Source: Podarcis vaucheri (Eukaryota). From it: DNA of 64,000 nucleotides. The translations under genes were made by a program, and so were the position numbers. Below, piece after piece: positions 51,067 to 64,000 of the stretch. The stretch lies in NCBI GenBank assembly GCA_965113315.1, contig OZ220363.1; one strand, 5' to 3'. The notes beneath the pieces are model-generated. The model was not told the origin of the DNA and did not search any database. It saw nothing but the letters and a program-made list of their open reading frames with translations. Each line of letters starts with the position of its first letter. The stretch's first letter is position 1.

Positions 51067-52189
51067 TGAAATATGCTGCTTAGTTTAAATTGCTCCAGTG
51101 GAATATATGTCATCCCACTCTTTAACATAAAATGTTAAGGCCCCATAATGCTTCTACAGTTTTAAAATTGAGTAAGTTTTACACTTGCCACTGGCTGGAT
51201 AGAGGAGCTGCCTGCTGGGGTGGGGCAGCCATGTAAACTGAACTGGGATTCCTGAAGGGTAAGAATAATAAACATATTATGACAAACTGTCACAGGAATG
51301 ATAGTGATTGCAATCAAGAAGCAAACTAAGAGATGTGAGATAAACTCCCACAGCGGAAGGGTAGGGAGTGAGCCCCAATCATGACAGTTTACAGTCTAAA
51401 CCGAATATTCAGGTGTAGAGTCAATATTTGCAGAGGTTTACATAAGCATGTGAGCTGCCTGCTACAGATTTTTTCACAAGTATGAACTTGCTAACCTGGC
51501 TCAAGCTGAAGCTGATTAGGAAAAGTAGAAACTGAGTCCTAAGCAAGCCTGAAATGCATTTTTTCAAGATTATCCATCCATCAGTATAATCAGCCACTTT
51601 ATGGACAGTACTTCATGCCATAGAAGGCTATTGAACATATCAGTCCTTTTAAGAACAACAACTGCAGAGTAAGAGGCTTGTAGTTAATAGTAGAGACCAT
51701 GATCAGTGTATTGCATAATGGGAAGCTACCAGGCTTTGCACATGTCCAGTTTGAGGAGGCATGCGTTGGAGCAGATTGGACAGTTGTTTTCATGAATGTT
51801 GCATCTCAGAGCTTGCATGGGGTGGAGGTGGGGACTCTAGGCTAGAAGCCTTCCGTTTGACTCACAAATGTTCCATGTGTAGAGAGATCCTTGGCATCAG
51901 AACATTTTTAAACAAGTACTCTCCCCCATGAGGTGATATTGTTGCTCCCCCCCCCAGTCAGGATTCACTCACATGCCCATAAATTCAGGATGTGCAATTA
52001 TAGTTAATTGGGAGGTCTTGCACAATACACTCACTTCTCCAAAAGATTGGGCTGTATGTGATAAAGAAAGCGATGGAAAATTCACTGGAATGTGTGGAAT
52101 AACACTTGGTGTCATCTCACTTCCACCTCTCCTTGTATGTATTTTCTGTGATTTAAGCAACAAGGTCTCTTTCTCTAGCAATATCTTAA

Positions 52190-52430
52190 TAATAGCCTGC
52201 TGGATCAAATCAATAGCCCATCTAGTCTAGCATCCTGTTCTCACAGTGGCCAACCAGATGCTTGCTTGGAAAACAGGGAGCAGAACGTGAGCACAAGCGC
52301 ACTCTCCCCGCCCATGGTTTCCAACAGCTGGCTTGGAAGCGTTACTGCCTCCAACTGGGAAGGTTGGATTCCCTTCTCTTTGATAGCCTTCTCCATGAAT
52401 TTGACTAATCCTCTTTCAAAGCCAAATCTT
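52190..52430 (-). mobile_element. CR1-type LINE 3' fragment
   Basis: GCCTGCTGGATCA...GCCCATCTAGTCTAGCATCCTGTTCTCACAGTGGCCAACCAGATGC; related piece near 30200-30285. Confidence 0.55.
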
Positions 52431-52785
52431 CTGTGGTTATGCTTGTTGGTTTCCCAAATGTCTCTAAACATTTATTGCTTTTATCTGCAGAATATGAACA
52501 CTTGGTTGAAAGGGGGTATAGTGTAAAAATCTAGACATGTGCCATCTTAGAGACTAAATAGGCTCTTTATTTTCATTTTCTTCTGACTCCCAGGCTAAGC
52601 GCTAGGTCTCTGAGTTGATTGAAGAGTGGTACAGAGTTCCTTTTTTAAAAGGCCAGTTCCTAATAATGTTTTTCAGGCATTCGGGAACCTTAAACGTAGA
52701 TTTGTGGTGTTTATGGTCATGATTTAGACCAGAAACAACCTCTTCTGATATTTACAGTTGCTTAACATAAGAAATCCTGCTAATT

Positions 52786-52786
<1 letters not shown>

Positions 52787-52808
<22 letters not shown>
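52787..52808. repeat. (CT)n tract inside the microexon polypyrimidine tract
   Basis: Directly visible, immediately after CTAAT (52780-52784). Confidence 0.9.
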
Positions 52809-52816
<8 letters not shown>

Positions 52817-52905
52817 ATGTCTCCTCCTTCTCTCCATTTTCATTACCTTGCCATTGTCCATCTTTTCCTTCCCAAACACTTCTTTCTTCCATGCTTGCCC
52901 CTCAG

Positions 52906-52941
52906 AACTAGATGGGGAGACAGTAGTTGAATCTGATGAAG
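52906..52941 (+). CDS. TNS1: TNS1 36-nt microexon (ELDGETVVESDE), phase 1 to 1
   Basis: CTCAG acceptor after a long CT-rich tract, strong GAAG|GTAAGG donor; resembles chicken tensin ELEGEAGADSEE (recalled) at the same position. Confidence 0.88.
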
Positions 52942-55527
52942 GTAAGGAGGGAATTGTTTTCATTTTATATGAACTATTTGGCAAACAACAATATGCCAGC
53001 AGGCCACTGTTAGTCCCAGTGGCCACACGGAAGCTGCTGGGCTTGTGTGTGGTCAGAAGAGTTGAAGACCAAAACATTTCCCTCACAGAATTTTGCTGCA
53101 CCACAGATTGCCCAAGAGCTGCTGTACATGGAAACTGCAAATAAATGAGAGCAAAGACATTAGCAAGAAGTTGATTACTTTTTGAATAATAATAGTTTCA
53201 GCTTCCTTGATACAAGTGTGCTAATACAAAGACATTTCTCCTTTAGAATTTCTTGCAAAAAAAGCAGATTTCCTGAGCCACTTCTGCCAAACTATTTATA
53301 AGTTTCATTATTTTGTCATTTACTGGTGGCAGAGGTGGCATTTTTGGAGATTACATCAATCTTGGTGAATGTAAGATTCTGAGTATCATTTCTGAATAAC
53401 TTGTGAGATGAGCAGTGCATTCCTATGCAAGTATACATAGACGTAATCCCTGTTGAGTTCAAGGGGACATCTTTCCAAGTAACTGCATAGGACTGCAGCT
53501 GGATGCCTGATAGAAACGTTATCTGTCCAGCATGGGAACAAAATCCAGATAAATCAAATCTCAGGCTAATCTGTGGACATATGAAAACAGGAACCTTGAG
53601 GCATAGACACAATTACATGGTTGCTCCTCATGCTACTATCACCTGGCAGGTGGTACTAGGCATTTTCAGGTTGACATGGGACCAGAGGTATACATTTGCC
53701 ACAAAGGTAAAGTCTGAATTTTGCAATGGCATTTTGCTCCTTCTAGTCATACTTACATACTACATTACTTAGTGCCACAGAGGATCCCTTTCCTACTCTC
53801 CTTTCTTCCTTTTCTCCTTCTTTCCTTCTGATACAGAAGTGACTGGGTTGATGCTGGAATACTATTTAGTGCTCTTCATTTGTCTGTTTGTTAAATTTTG
53901 AACCTCACCATATCCCAGAGCTGGGTTTGAACCTCAAAAGAACTTTTTGAAGGTATGAGAAGGTATGAAAAGGTATGAGCTACAGGTGTATGTCACATCC
54001 TTGTAGGCAGCATTTTTAGGCAGCATTTTGTTGCATCACAAGCAAATTAGTGATCTCATTTACTTTCTGCCTAATCCCTACTTGTAGCAACAGCAACTAC
54101 TAGCAACAACAATCTATTGCTGCAAAGTGAGAACTAAACTATTCATGAAACTGAGTCCCTGAGATTTTAAGCACTATATGAAGCCGTAAATTCTGCAGTC
54201 TCAGCAGAAAACACATGTAAGGTGTGGGGGGAGAGTGGTTTTTTTAACCCTTTGATCTCTGATAGTTATATGTTGAAAATTTTACCCACCAGCTTTCCAA
54301 AAGTCATGAGTAAACTGGAAATGGTTAAACTGAAAGGCCCCCTGCTTTAATATGAGTCTTCTGCAGCCCCATTTTGTAGAAATATATTAAAACAGGAATG
54401 CAAGCACTGTACCACAACTCAACTTTGTGTGCCGTTTGCCCCTAAAGTAGGACTGGAGAATATGTAACCCTCAGATGTTGTTGGACTCCAACTCCCACAA
54501 TCCCTGACCCACTGGCCACACTGACTGGGGTTGATGGGAGCTGGAGTCCAGCAACATCTGGATGTTCATCATCTCTACCCCAGATAATTGTTTCCTGTTA
54601 CCCCAATAAGCATTTAGGCACTGCTCCATAACTGTTCAGAGGTCCTGCATTCCCAGTACTTCCCAAAATATGTGCTACTACTGACCTTTAGGGAGTGAAA
54701 ATAAGCAGAAAGCCAAGGAGAGAGTTCACAAGTTTAAAATGCTGCTTGGGACAGAACCCAGCTGGTATGAACCATAGCCTTTTGGAGGGCTGCTACATGT
54801 TTAGATATATCAAACAAACCCAACTGGAATCCAAAACATTATCTGAACAGGATGTACAGCTTTTTCTAGGTAGAATAGAGATGAAACTTGAGCAAGATGT
54901 TTATCGGGACTACCAGTCCTTGCTGGTCAGGAAATATTCACTTTGCACTGCTGGTCAGTGCACGCTCATCCCTATCCCCACCCCTACTAGTCTCTGTAAT
55001 ATCATCTCACCTTTGGAATTGTTTGTTATGTGTAGTTTTGCGCAGTTCAGTTTGGGAGGGCTGCTGTCACTTCCCCAGTACACTCTTCTTGTTAGTCTAA
55101 TCTGTTAGTCTAAAAGCACACAGCCTAAGATCACACTTTTCAGTTTATGCATTAAATCAGTTTCAGATTTTTTTTTTTAAAAAATACCCTCTACTTATAT
55201 CGAGGCAATTATTATTTTAATATACAGTTTATTGAAGATTTTGTTTCCCCCCCACAAACAAGGAATGCATCATACAAACAAGGAATGCATCCCTTGATAA
55301 AACCAACCTGTGCTTTGAGAACTGCTGCAAAGGTGGTGGGTGATGGTGGGTGGGCACTCTGCTCATGGTGCTACCAGTTGATGAGATCTTTGGTGCAAAT
55401 ATCATTTCTTGGTAATGGATCCCATACATTAAATAATGTATGTTAAGTCTGCATAGAGTCCTCATGTTCTTTAATCTACCACTGCTTCTTTTGGCTCTTA
55501 GACTCTTGTAACATAGTGTTAGCAAGA

Positions 55528-55529
<2 letters not shown>

Positions 55530-55559
<30 letters not shown>
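55530..55559. repeat. (TG)n microsatellite
   Basis: Directly visible. Confidence 0.95.
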
Positions 55560-55560
<1 letters not shown>

Positions 55561-56880
55561 ATCTGGAAATATGGGCTATAGGAGATTGTAACTTGTGACG
55601 TCAAAATGGTTGTTTCATGTCCCCCAGCCTCATAGGAGTGTCTCTTGAGACTCTCCCTGTTTATTTCCTACAGCAGAATGAAATGTTTGCTTGCTTCACA
55701 TAAATACAGAGAGGATATTTTTAGATTTTGTTTGATATGGCACAGGACTTGGAACTTTACCAAGTGATTCTTGCATGTCATCCAAGAGTTCCATTCTCTC
55801 CTAGGTTTAGCATTTACAAATGGTTTGTTAATGCTAATTTTTCAATATCACTCAGATAATTTGCACACAGCTGGGCTTGAGAATTTAGCATATGCATAGG
55901 CTTTTATGAAGTGTGAGCAAGACTATAGCAACAGAGGGGGATGCATTATACAGCAGAAGGAAAAAATATTCACAAAGGGAGACAATATCTTAAACTAAAG
56001 GCAGCCCACCCTTTATTCTTATATATGTGGAAGAAGACAAAGACATGAGATACAACAATTTTACAGTCCTTTATCCCTGAACTTCATGGTTTGGGGGGGG
56101 GAGAGATTCCCACAATTTAACAGAAATTCTTGGCTTTTTCGGGGAGCTTCCCATTAGCCTCTTGCAAGTTAACTTGTGGATACAGAGCCATGCCATTTTT
56201 AGTTAGGGAGGAGTGCATGAAATGTGTTATCTATAACAGATGAAATCAATTTAAGTAGCATAACAGCCTATTATGTGTTTTGCAAGTCTTTTGAGGCTGC
56301 AGTTCAGCCCAGTACCAAGACAGCCAAATGTCCATGGCCTCTCTTGGTTGGGTCAAGATTGTTGTTCTGGGCTTTTGCCTTGTGGAATGTTCAGTATGAA
56401 GAGGGCAGACCAGCCTTCTTTATCATCATTCCATTCCATTCCTTCCTGCCTTGGTGGGCTTGGTTAACTGGCAAACACTCCTTTGAACACAACAGATAGG
56501 GCTTGGCCACCGGATTTGTCTGGCCAGTTTAGAAATCCAACTTCCATCTTCATAAAACCTGGTCCATGTTTATCTGTTTTCCAGATTAGAAGGGTTAAAA
56601 GTAATCTCAAAGTCCTGTTTACATACGTTTTACTCCACCAATTACAAGGCTCAGAAGAAGATTGCCTAATTAATTACCTTGTATACCTTGCCCAACTGTG
56701 GAGCGGCTGCAACTTTGTTCCTAGTTTCCCCTCTGGTGTATCTTGGGGCATCTTTCATGCATTAAGGTGTTTGACAGCCTGTTGGAAGGAAAGTGAATGT
56801 TTTGACAGTAAGGGGTAGAATAAGCATTTCTATTTCCTGAGGCTACATGGATTTGAAAGTGAGTAAGTGGTGATAATATG

Positions 56881-56974
56881 GCCTTTTAAACTGGGGGTGG
56901 GTGTATTGTTTGCTATTATCGTATATAGTTTGTGTTTTTATGTTGTAAACCTTCCTGTGATCCTCTGATGAAGG

Positions 56975-57021
<47 letters not shown>
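56881..57021 (+). mobile_element. L2-like 3' end with (AAT)n tail
   Basis: TGTTGTAAACCTTCCTGTGATCCTCTGATGAAGG then (AAT)n 56975-57021. Confidence 0.55.
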
Positions 57022-58383
57022 TAATAATAGGATCCTTTTTATTACACATTCATAATGATCTGTGCTCCTGATGCTGTTGGGGGCAGTCATACACAATCAT
57101 GCTTTCAACTTGTTAAAACCCGCCCTGGGATCTGCTGGTGAAAGTCAGTTAATAATACTATTTGCACCTGCAAAATTTTGGAGTGATCGCACAGTTTCAT
57201 TTCCAATCAGTGCACATCTTGCAACTTGCTGCTGAAATCTCTTAACATTTTATGCCACAAATGTTCTGGTTTGTTTTTGTGCCTCTTTTGTTGAACTATA
57301 GCTCCTCCAGACAGCAATAATGTGTTGACATTGGGGAAGTATTGCAGAAGAAACTAAAGCAGAATAAAGCCACCAACATATTGCAGAATGCACCTACAAT
57401 GAAACACCAATCTGGAGGGGGCCCTCTCGCCAGTTTTAGCCTCACACAAGAAGAGAGGAATGATATTACTAAAGGATATGGAACTCAGTTGTTGTGTAAA
57501 GAAGCTGATGGAACCCAGTGTTCAGCATTAAGAAGAAATAGGAGATTGAAGTAGATGCCCATTCACAAATGCTATATATATATAGGTCATTGTGGGTAGG
57601 ACAAGAGGAAATGCTTCTAAATTGTATAGTAAGAGGTTGTAATTAAAAATCCAGGATGATTTCCACCCCATCCCTCATTATGTAAGTTCCCAGAGGAAGT
57701 TGCCCTACATGGTTTACATCTAGGAAGGTGGTGGTAGATGAGGAAGGAGAAAAGCTGAATTTGCAGTGCAAGAGTCTGTCAGAGATTATTGATATTTACT
57801 TAAGACCAAGTGTATGCATTGACATTCTTCTGCATGCAGTACATCCTGACCGGCTATCGTGTGCAATATTGTAATGACATGGAAGATGTGCCCACAGGTC
57901 AGCCACAGCAATTCTACATGTCAGTGATTTTGGAGGTTCTGCACTTTTATCAAGCCTCTATACTAACACAGATCCCTGCAGTTCTATCTCAGCATGGTTC
58001 AGGTCATCTGTTACATTCTCTCAACAATAGCATTGTGCACAGGGGGGCTTGGCCATGTGAATCCAGCCCTTGCATTGTAAGATCATGAACAGAAGGCCCC
58101 AATGGCCCTTCTATTCTCTGGTTTTCAGGAGGGGGAGAAATTACTCTGATTTGCTCTAGGGACCAAGATGGTGATTAACTTTGATTTTAGTAATTTGGAC
58201 TGCTACTAGCATGATGTATGTGTTTTATGAGCTTAGTTGTGACCTGCTTTGAGTTTTATCTTACAATACAAAACAATGTATACATATTCAAAATAAATTA
58301 TGCTAATTGGAAATATTGGTTGTAAAAGCCCCACACCTTGAGGCACCTCAGTCATCATCTTCTCTCTTTCCACCTCATTTCAG

Positions 58384-58579
58384 AGCCCCGGAGCTATGTG
58401 GAATCTGTGGCCCGTACAGCAACAAGTGGTGGCAGCGGCAGTTCTGTTGGGAAGCCCCAGGCACCCCTGGCTCCGCAGGCCTATAACACTGAGACACCAG
58501 TGAGGAATGGATCTTTCCCCAACTCCTTTGTTTCACCAAGCCCTGTCGCTGCCAGCAGTCCAATGCACAGCATGGATGG
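58384..58579 (+). CDS. TNS1: TNS1 coding exon (EPRSYVESVARTA...SSPMHSMDG), phase 1 to 2
   Basis: TTTCAG acceptor, GG|GTAAGG donor; EPRSYVESVARTA is a tensin-1 signature. Confidence 0.96.
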
Positions 58580-60671
58580 GTAAGGAAAGACAGCTGTAGT
58601 TTGCCATTCTCAACAGGCTGATGATGGCAGATGCTGCTGAACTATGCAGGACTTCACTGTGACAGCTAGCAATAGGACTGCAGCCCTTTTGCTTACATAT
58701 ATAGACTCTTTGATGCATGATCTTGGGAGGCTGCTTTCCCCAAATAGAAGACACAGGGCCATTCCAGCTCATACTTTTGGTGTCAACTGATCAGGAAAGC
58801 ATTTGTGCTGCAGGGAGATTTCATGTTCAGTCATTATAGGTTCTTCTGCCCTTTCTTGTATCACTCATGGATTTGAGCAGGGATGGGCAATCTTTTTTCC
58901 AATTGAGGGCCAGATTACCTCAAGAGTGATCTGTTGAGCACCACATGCTAGTGGCCAGAGTTTATTATGGGCCCAGAGACAAAAGTATTCTGTAATTAAG
59001 AAACTTCCCCACTTCAGTTTTCTCCATCATAGGGGAGAGGCACTTTATGATGGTTCTTCCACTTCCTTAAGTCACATCACATGGTTGTTCACCGTGATAA
59101 TTGCTTCTTGCAACCTCAGGCAGAGGAGAGCAAGACTGGGAGGAGATAAGAGGCTATGATTGTTGTTGGCAAAATACAAGAAGCCTGAATGTATGAAAGT
59201 GCCTTTAAAAGGCCCCCAGATGGTTATCCATTAGGGAATGTGCCCCTTGGCTTGGAAAAGGTTTTCCACCCCCCAGTGTAGATATACAACTTTGTACACT
59301 TATGTGTGGATGGTAAGATGTTTCTGTACGCATAGGTGAGATGTTTATCTTAATAGTCATTTGTCGACCTGGTATATAAGTGAACTTGGAAGAATTTATT
59401 GTGGATGGAATAAGGAAAGCTAAGATAAATAGAGTATGACACCAATTTTTCTTGTGGGGTGGACAGGCCATTCCTTTTAGGAAGGTGATCACAGAAGAGG
59501 TGCCATTGGTATATTAATAAAATTTTCAGAAATGCAACCGAATTTCAAATTCTTATCACATCTGGAAAAGCCACTATATTGAGTCAGATCATTGGTTCTT
59601 GCTGCTCATCACTGTCTGGACTGACTGGCTCAAAGCACAGAGGTATTTTCCAATCCTACTTGGAGGTGCTGGGAATTGAACCAGGAACCTTCTGCATTCA
59701 AAACCTGTAGGCGCTCAAAATAGTTTTATTTATTTTATCAGATTGCAGGCCAGACTTTCATGTTTTCTACTATGCTAGGTGCTCTTGTTTATGACAGTTC
59801 ATGCCACAATAAACCAATGCGCACAGAATATGTATGTTACCTTACTCTCTTTTCCTCAGGGAAAAAACCCAAACATTTCCTTTTACTGTATTCTCTGCAA
59901 ATGTTATGCATTGAATGATCTAGCTTACAAAGGACAAGTTTGCCATGGACTGCACTAAACAGTGTCATCACTCATTCTAGAGCAACTACTTTGCCTGCAG
60001 AAGGTCTCAGGTTCAGCATTTCCCCAGCATTTCTAGGTAGGGCTGGAAATACCTCTTGTCTGAAATCCTGGAGTTCTGAGCTAGATGAGCCAATAGTCTG
60101 TCTTGGCATAAACAGCTTCCTCTATTTCTATTATTAAATACAGTGCTGTTGTTTTCTTAGTAGGATTGCGGACAGAGGTTGCAAGTACTGGCTTTTTTGG
60201 GAGGAGGTGGAACAGCATGCTGACATACACATATTAACATTTGTCCATACAGAAAGGTCACATTCTCAGCTTCCTGTGAAATATTTTCCCCTCCGGAATG
60301 TTTTGCATGCATAGAATCACATAATGGATTGCAAACTGTGAACTTACAAGATGAAGCAAAAATGACAGCCTATTCGGAAATGACCCAAGTCCACTCAAAG
60401 TTTGTTTCAAGAATGTGAACATTCTTGTGAGCAAATAAATGCAGTCATTTATCTGAGTGGACATCAAAGTTTGTTTAAGGTCACTGTGACTTAGAGCTTC
60501 ATAAAGAGATCATGGGGAATTAGGAGAATCAAGAATTTGGGATAAGATGTTTGAACAAGGTGGGTTCTTCTGGTGCTTGAGTCTTAAGAGTACTGTTACC
60601 TCCAGCTCTATATCATGTCTTACAGGAATGGGTTAATAACGGATTCTGCTCTCTCCGATTGCTTCCCCCAG

Positions 60672-61549
60672 GTTCTCTATAGGTAGCTACCCATCAGAGA
60701 ACAATGCCAGCATAGCCATTTCATCCCAGCCATCAGCTGAGTCCAGCTTCCAATCCACCAACCTTTCTCAGGGGCCGTCGGCGAACAGCAGCTACCAAAA
60801 CACCTCTACATCAACTCAGGGCCTTCCAGCCTATATGAGTGCCGACTTCCCTGATGGCCGAGCCAGCACTCAACAAGATAGCCACCCAAGGCCTCAACCC
60901 CAAGCCAATGCAGTTGGGGTCCATGTCATGCCTGGAAGCCCCCACTCCCTCCACAGAACGGTAGCCACCAACACTCCCCCTAGCCCAGGATTTGGGCGAA
61001 GAGCTGTCAACGCTAACATGGGAGCCGTTCCAGGAAGCCCGAGCATGAGCAGGCACGTAATGGCTCCGTACGGCAACCTCGTTGCATCGCCTGGGAGTCC
61101 AAGCCTGACTCGGCAGCAGCCCATAATGGGAGGCAGCACATCCATGGTCTCTGGAAGTCCCAATTTAGATCGGCATATCATATATGGATACTCAGCTCCA
61201 GAGGAGAAGCGCCCAACGCTGTCCCGCCAAAGCAGTGCCTCAGGTTATCAGGCTCCCTCTACCCCATCTTTTCCTGTCTCCCCGGCCTACTACCATGGAG
61301 TCAGTAGCCCACATTCCTCGTCCCCTGACTCAGCAGTGTACCGGCAGGGAAGCCCCACCCCAACCCAACCACTGCTCCCTGAAAAGAGAAGGATGTCATC
61401 AGGGGATCGGTCAAACAGCCTGCCTAACTACGCCACAGTGAATGGCAAGACCTCTTCACCCATCTCCAGTGGCATGTCCAGTCCCAGCAGTGGGAGTGGC
61501 ATGGCCTTCCATCATACTCTGCCTGATTTCTCCAAGTTCTCAATGCCAG
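60672..61549 (+). CDS. TNS1: TNS1 coding exon (Ser/Pro-rich, PGSP repeats, ...[12 protein letters not shown]), phase 2 to 1
   Basis: CCCCAG acceptor, CCAG|GTAAAA donor; [51 protein letters not shown] and [11 protein letters not shown] match tensin-1. Confidence 0.96.
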
Positions 61550-62167
61550 GTAAAATCTCAGTTCTTGCTGCATCTCACTTGAGTAGTGGGCATCATGGGA
61601 ATTGGGGAGAGGGCATTTCTGGGTCTTTAGTCTTCCTATTTTACCCTGCTAATCAGTACTTGATAGATGAGAATCTGATCATCATCAAGGATTGTCCTGA
61701 AATGATCAGCATCCTGTAAGTGTTTTGCAGTGTGTCATGTAGGCACCACTACCCTGGAGTGCAAGGCTCTCCTCATTTTTTTGCTTGTGATACTCCATAT
61801 TTGGCATCATTTGGTTGAACACAAGTATTGTTCTTCATTGAGCATGGTATCAGATATGGAAGCACCTCTTCAGTTCTAACACTTCTTGGAGTTTTAACTA
61901 TTGTTTAGGAGGCCATCACTTTATCACAGAATGATAGAACCTCAAAAATATAGAATTGAAAGAGACCATCAAGAGTTATGACATGAGGTTGAGAAGGTGC
62001 TTTACAGGGTGGGATTCTCATTATTTTCCTTATTAGTAATCACAAAAGTACTATGGGGCATTACTGCAGATTAATCTGTTTGGAATAAAATTGTCTTATC
62101 TTGATGAGACCCCATAAAATTTTCTTTCCTTGAGTTCTCCCATTTTCATTCCTTCTTTGTCTCTTAG

Positions 62168-62254
62168 ACAGCAGCCCTGAGACCAGAGCTAACGTGAAGT
62201 TTGTTCAGGATACCTCCAAGTACTGGTACAAACCAGAGATCTCCAGGGAGCAAG
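62168..62254 (+). CDS. TNS1: TNS1 coding exon entering the SH2 domain ([29 protein letters not shown])
   Basis: CTTAG acceptor, CAAG|GTGGGT donor; [14 protein letters not shown] is the conserved start of the tensin SH2 region. Confidence 0.97.
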
Positions 62255-64000
62255 GTGGGTCTCTGCCCTAGCAGAACAGAGTGGCTCAGCAGACAACACT
62301 TGGCAGTCTTACACTCAAGCATTCGAGTGACTTGGGGCTCGTCCACACTCTGCTTGTCCCATGCCTAGAAAGCACAGATCTGAGAGGTTTTCTGCTTGTC
62401 CTGTGCTTTCTATGCACAGGTCTGAGAAGTTTTCCATTTGCTCTGCTTTCCCCAGGAAAACTCACTCTTTACTGCTGAATTGGAACAAATGTCAATCAGT
62501 GGAAAACCCAACTGCTGTTTGCTCCGATTCTGTGATAAAGAGCAGGTCTTCCCCAGGGAAAAGCAGCCAACTACAAGCTGAAGTGTGAACGAGCCATTGC
62601 TTTGGTCCTTGGCATTCAAAGAAATTGCAAAATCTGCAAGGACAAATCAAACACTTCCAGAACATTTTTCCTCCTCCAGGGGCTTCCATTATGTTAGAAC
62701 TTAAAGTACGTCCTCTTGGACTCCTATTCCTAACCACAGTGGTTCTGCACTAGCCATGGGTAGTTAACACTGGCCATTTTACAGCACATCTGTACCTAGT
62801 ATGATAACATTCCCATTGCCACTTGGCAAAATGATACAAATGACCAGACTATCTCAAGATGAGAGAGCTTGCCACAGGAATAGTTAGGCTGTTTGTATAT
62901 GGAATCATTGTCATCGGTGGCAGGAGGAACTTGGATACAGATTCCAGATTTGGTCTGTTTCAAGCTCCTAGACTGTGGTGGATGGTACAGTTATCGTGTG
63001 CCAATGTAACCAAGTATTCCTCTTGCCTTCAACCTGTTAGAACACACATTCTCTTTATAGATGCTTTTTAAGATGTATATTTGAAAAAAAATAGTAGCTT
63101 GACTTGCCTCACTGCCCCTCAGAAACCTTTACAACTTTAGTCTAAACAGTCCTGGTCCCTTCAACCATTCCCTCATAGACCTGGTATTCCAAAAGCCTAG
63201 CCTTCTTTGTGTCTCTCCTCTGAACCCTAGCCAGTTTGACAGTATTAAAAATAAAGCACAATTAAGTAGCTTAATCCTTTGAAGGCTATATCCTTTCACC
63301 CGTACATCACTGCTTTGATTCACTCAGTGGCCAGTTGTGTCTGATGGCTATTTTAAGTGGTGATGGGCATTTCCAAAGCTATTAGATGTTACCTGTTCCT
63401 ATACTCAGCAATGGAAAGTTTAGTTGTTCTCCTTTCCCTCCCCTAAATTAAATCCAAAGTGGAATACTTCTCTAATCTCAAGGGAAGTAGGAGTTGACTC
63501 TGAGACTTTTATAAGACCCAAAGAACTAAAATAGACTGGATAATAAAAGTGACTCTTTCTAGCCTAAAAGTGGAGTGGGTCTTTCTTTCTAACTTAACCT
63601 TTATCCTAAGGCAGGCTATCCTGTATCCCCAGCAGATGCTTGCCCAAATGTTTCTCACAATTTTCTCGGTAATATCCACTCCACAACAAGAACACACTCC
63701 TTGTTTAAACAATTGTAGTAATGGCAAGCTGGATAGGAAGATAGTGAACATGTCCCAACCCGGGGCCCTGAATGGCTGCTTTTGCTTCAAAATAAGAGGG
63801 GCCTACTTAAGCCCATTTTATAAAAAGTTGTGAGTAATGTGAGGGGTAGTTTGATCCTTAGAGGCTGGGCTCTGTTTGTTTCATCTGCTGTGCCACATTA
63901 CAGCTTCAAATTTTTCACAGATCACATTTGTACTAGAAATCCAGCGAATGACAACTGAAGAGTGATCAGTGCAGACTGACATTGCTTAGAAGTCTCTAAC

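Noticed and set aside
53788-53901. Strong pyrimidine tract + CAG at 53834-53836 as another microexon
   Set aside because: The nearby GT sites are weak and give 2- or 10-nt frameshifting exons; read-through gives a short hydrophobic peptide and a stop with no other support.
56960-56975. CTGATGA as a second hammerhead or a snoRNA box
   Set aside because: No stem II or GAAA follows; it is part of an L2-like 3' end running into (AAT)n.
60835-61719. 294-aa ORF as a stand-alone gene
   Set aside because: Internal TNS1 exon with true limits 60672-61549.

Overview
Eukaryotic (vertebrate) genomic DNA. The repeat content (Sauria/Squam SINEs, L2, CR1, Penelope pieces, hAT and mariner MITEs) points to a squamate, probably a lacertid lizard (inference). 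The whole window lies inside one + strand gene, tensin-1 (TNS1). About 25 kb of intron is followed by the exons encoding the disordered middle region up to the start of the SH2 domain: 25330-27066, 31858-31944, 41254-41453, 42371-42446/42509, 49781-49873, 52906-52941, 58384-58579, 60672-61549 and 62168-62254. All junctions are GT-AG and phase-compatible. The PTP/C2 exons and the rest of SH2/PTB lie outside the window. Most short ORFs in the track are intronic noise. Most interesting signals: (1) an intact minimal type-I hammerhead ribozyme motif in a Penelope-like fragment (minus strand, 22667-22704); (2) two antisense solo LTRs with 5-bp target duplications, each carrying an internal acidic/basic ORF; (3) a set of phase-1 optional TNS1 modules, including an 87-nt exon behind a 193-nt AG-free zone, a 63-nt donor extension and a 36-nt microexon; (4) a candidate in-frame exon or small ORF ending in a hydrophobic tail plus RRR; (5) candidate internal first exons for a TNS1 form lacking the N-terminal domains. 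Family assignments and comparisons with human/chicken tensin are from memory, not from database searches.
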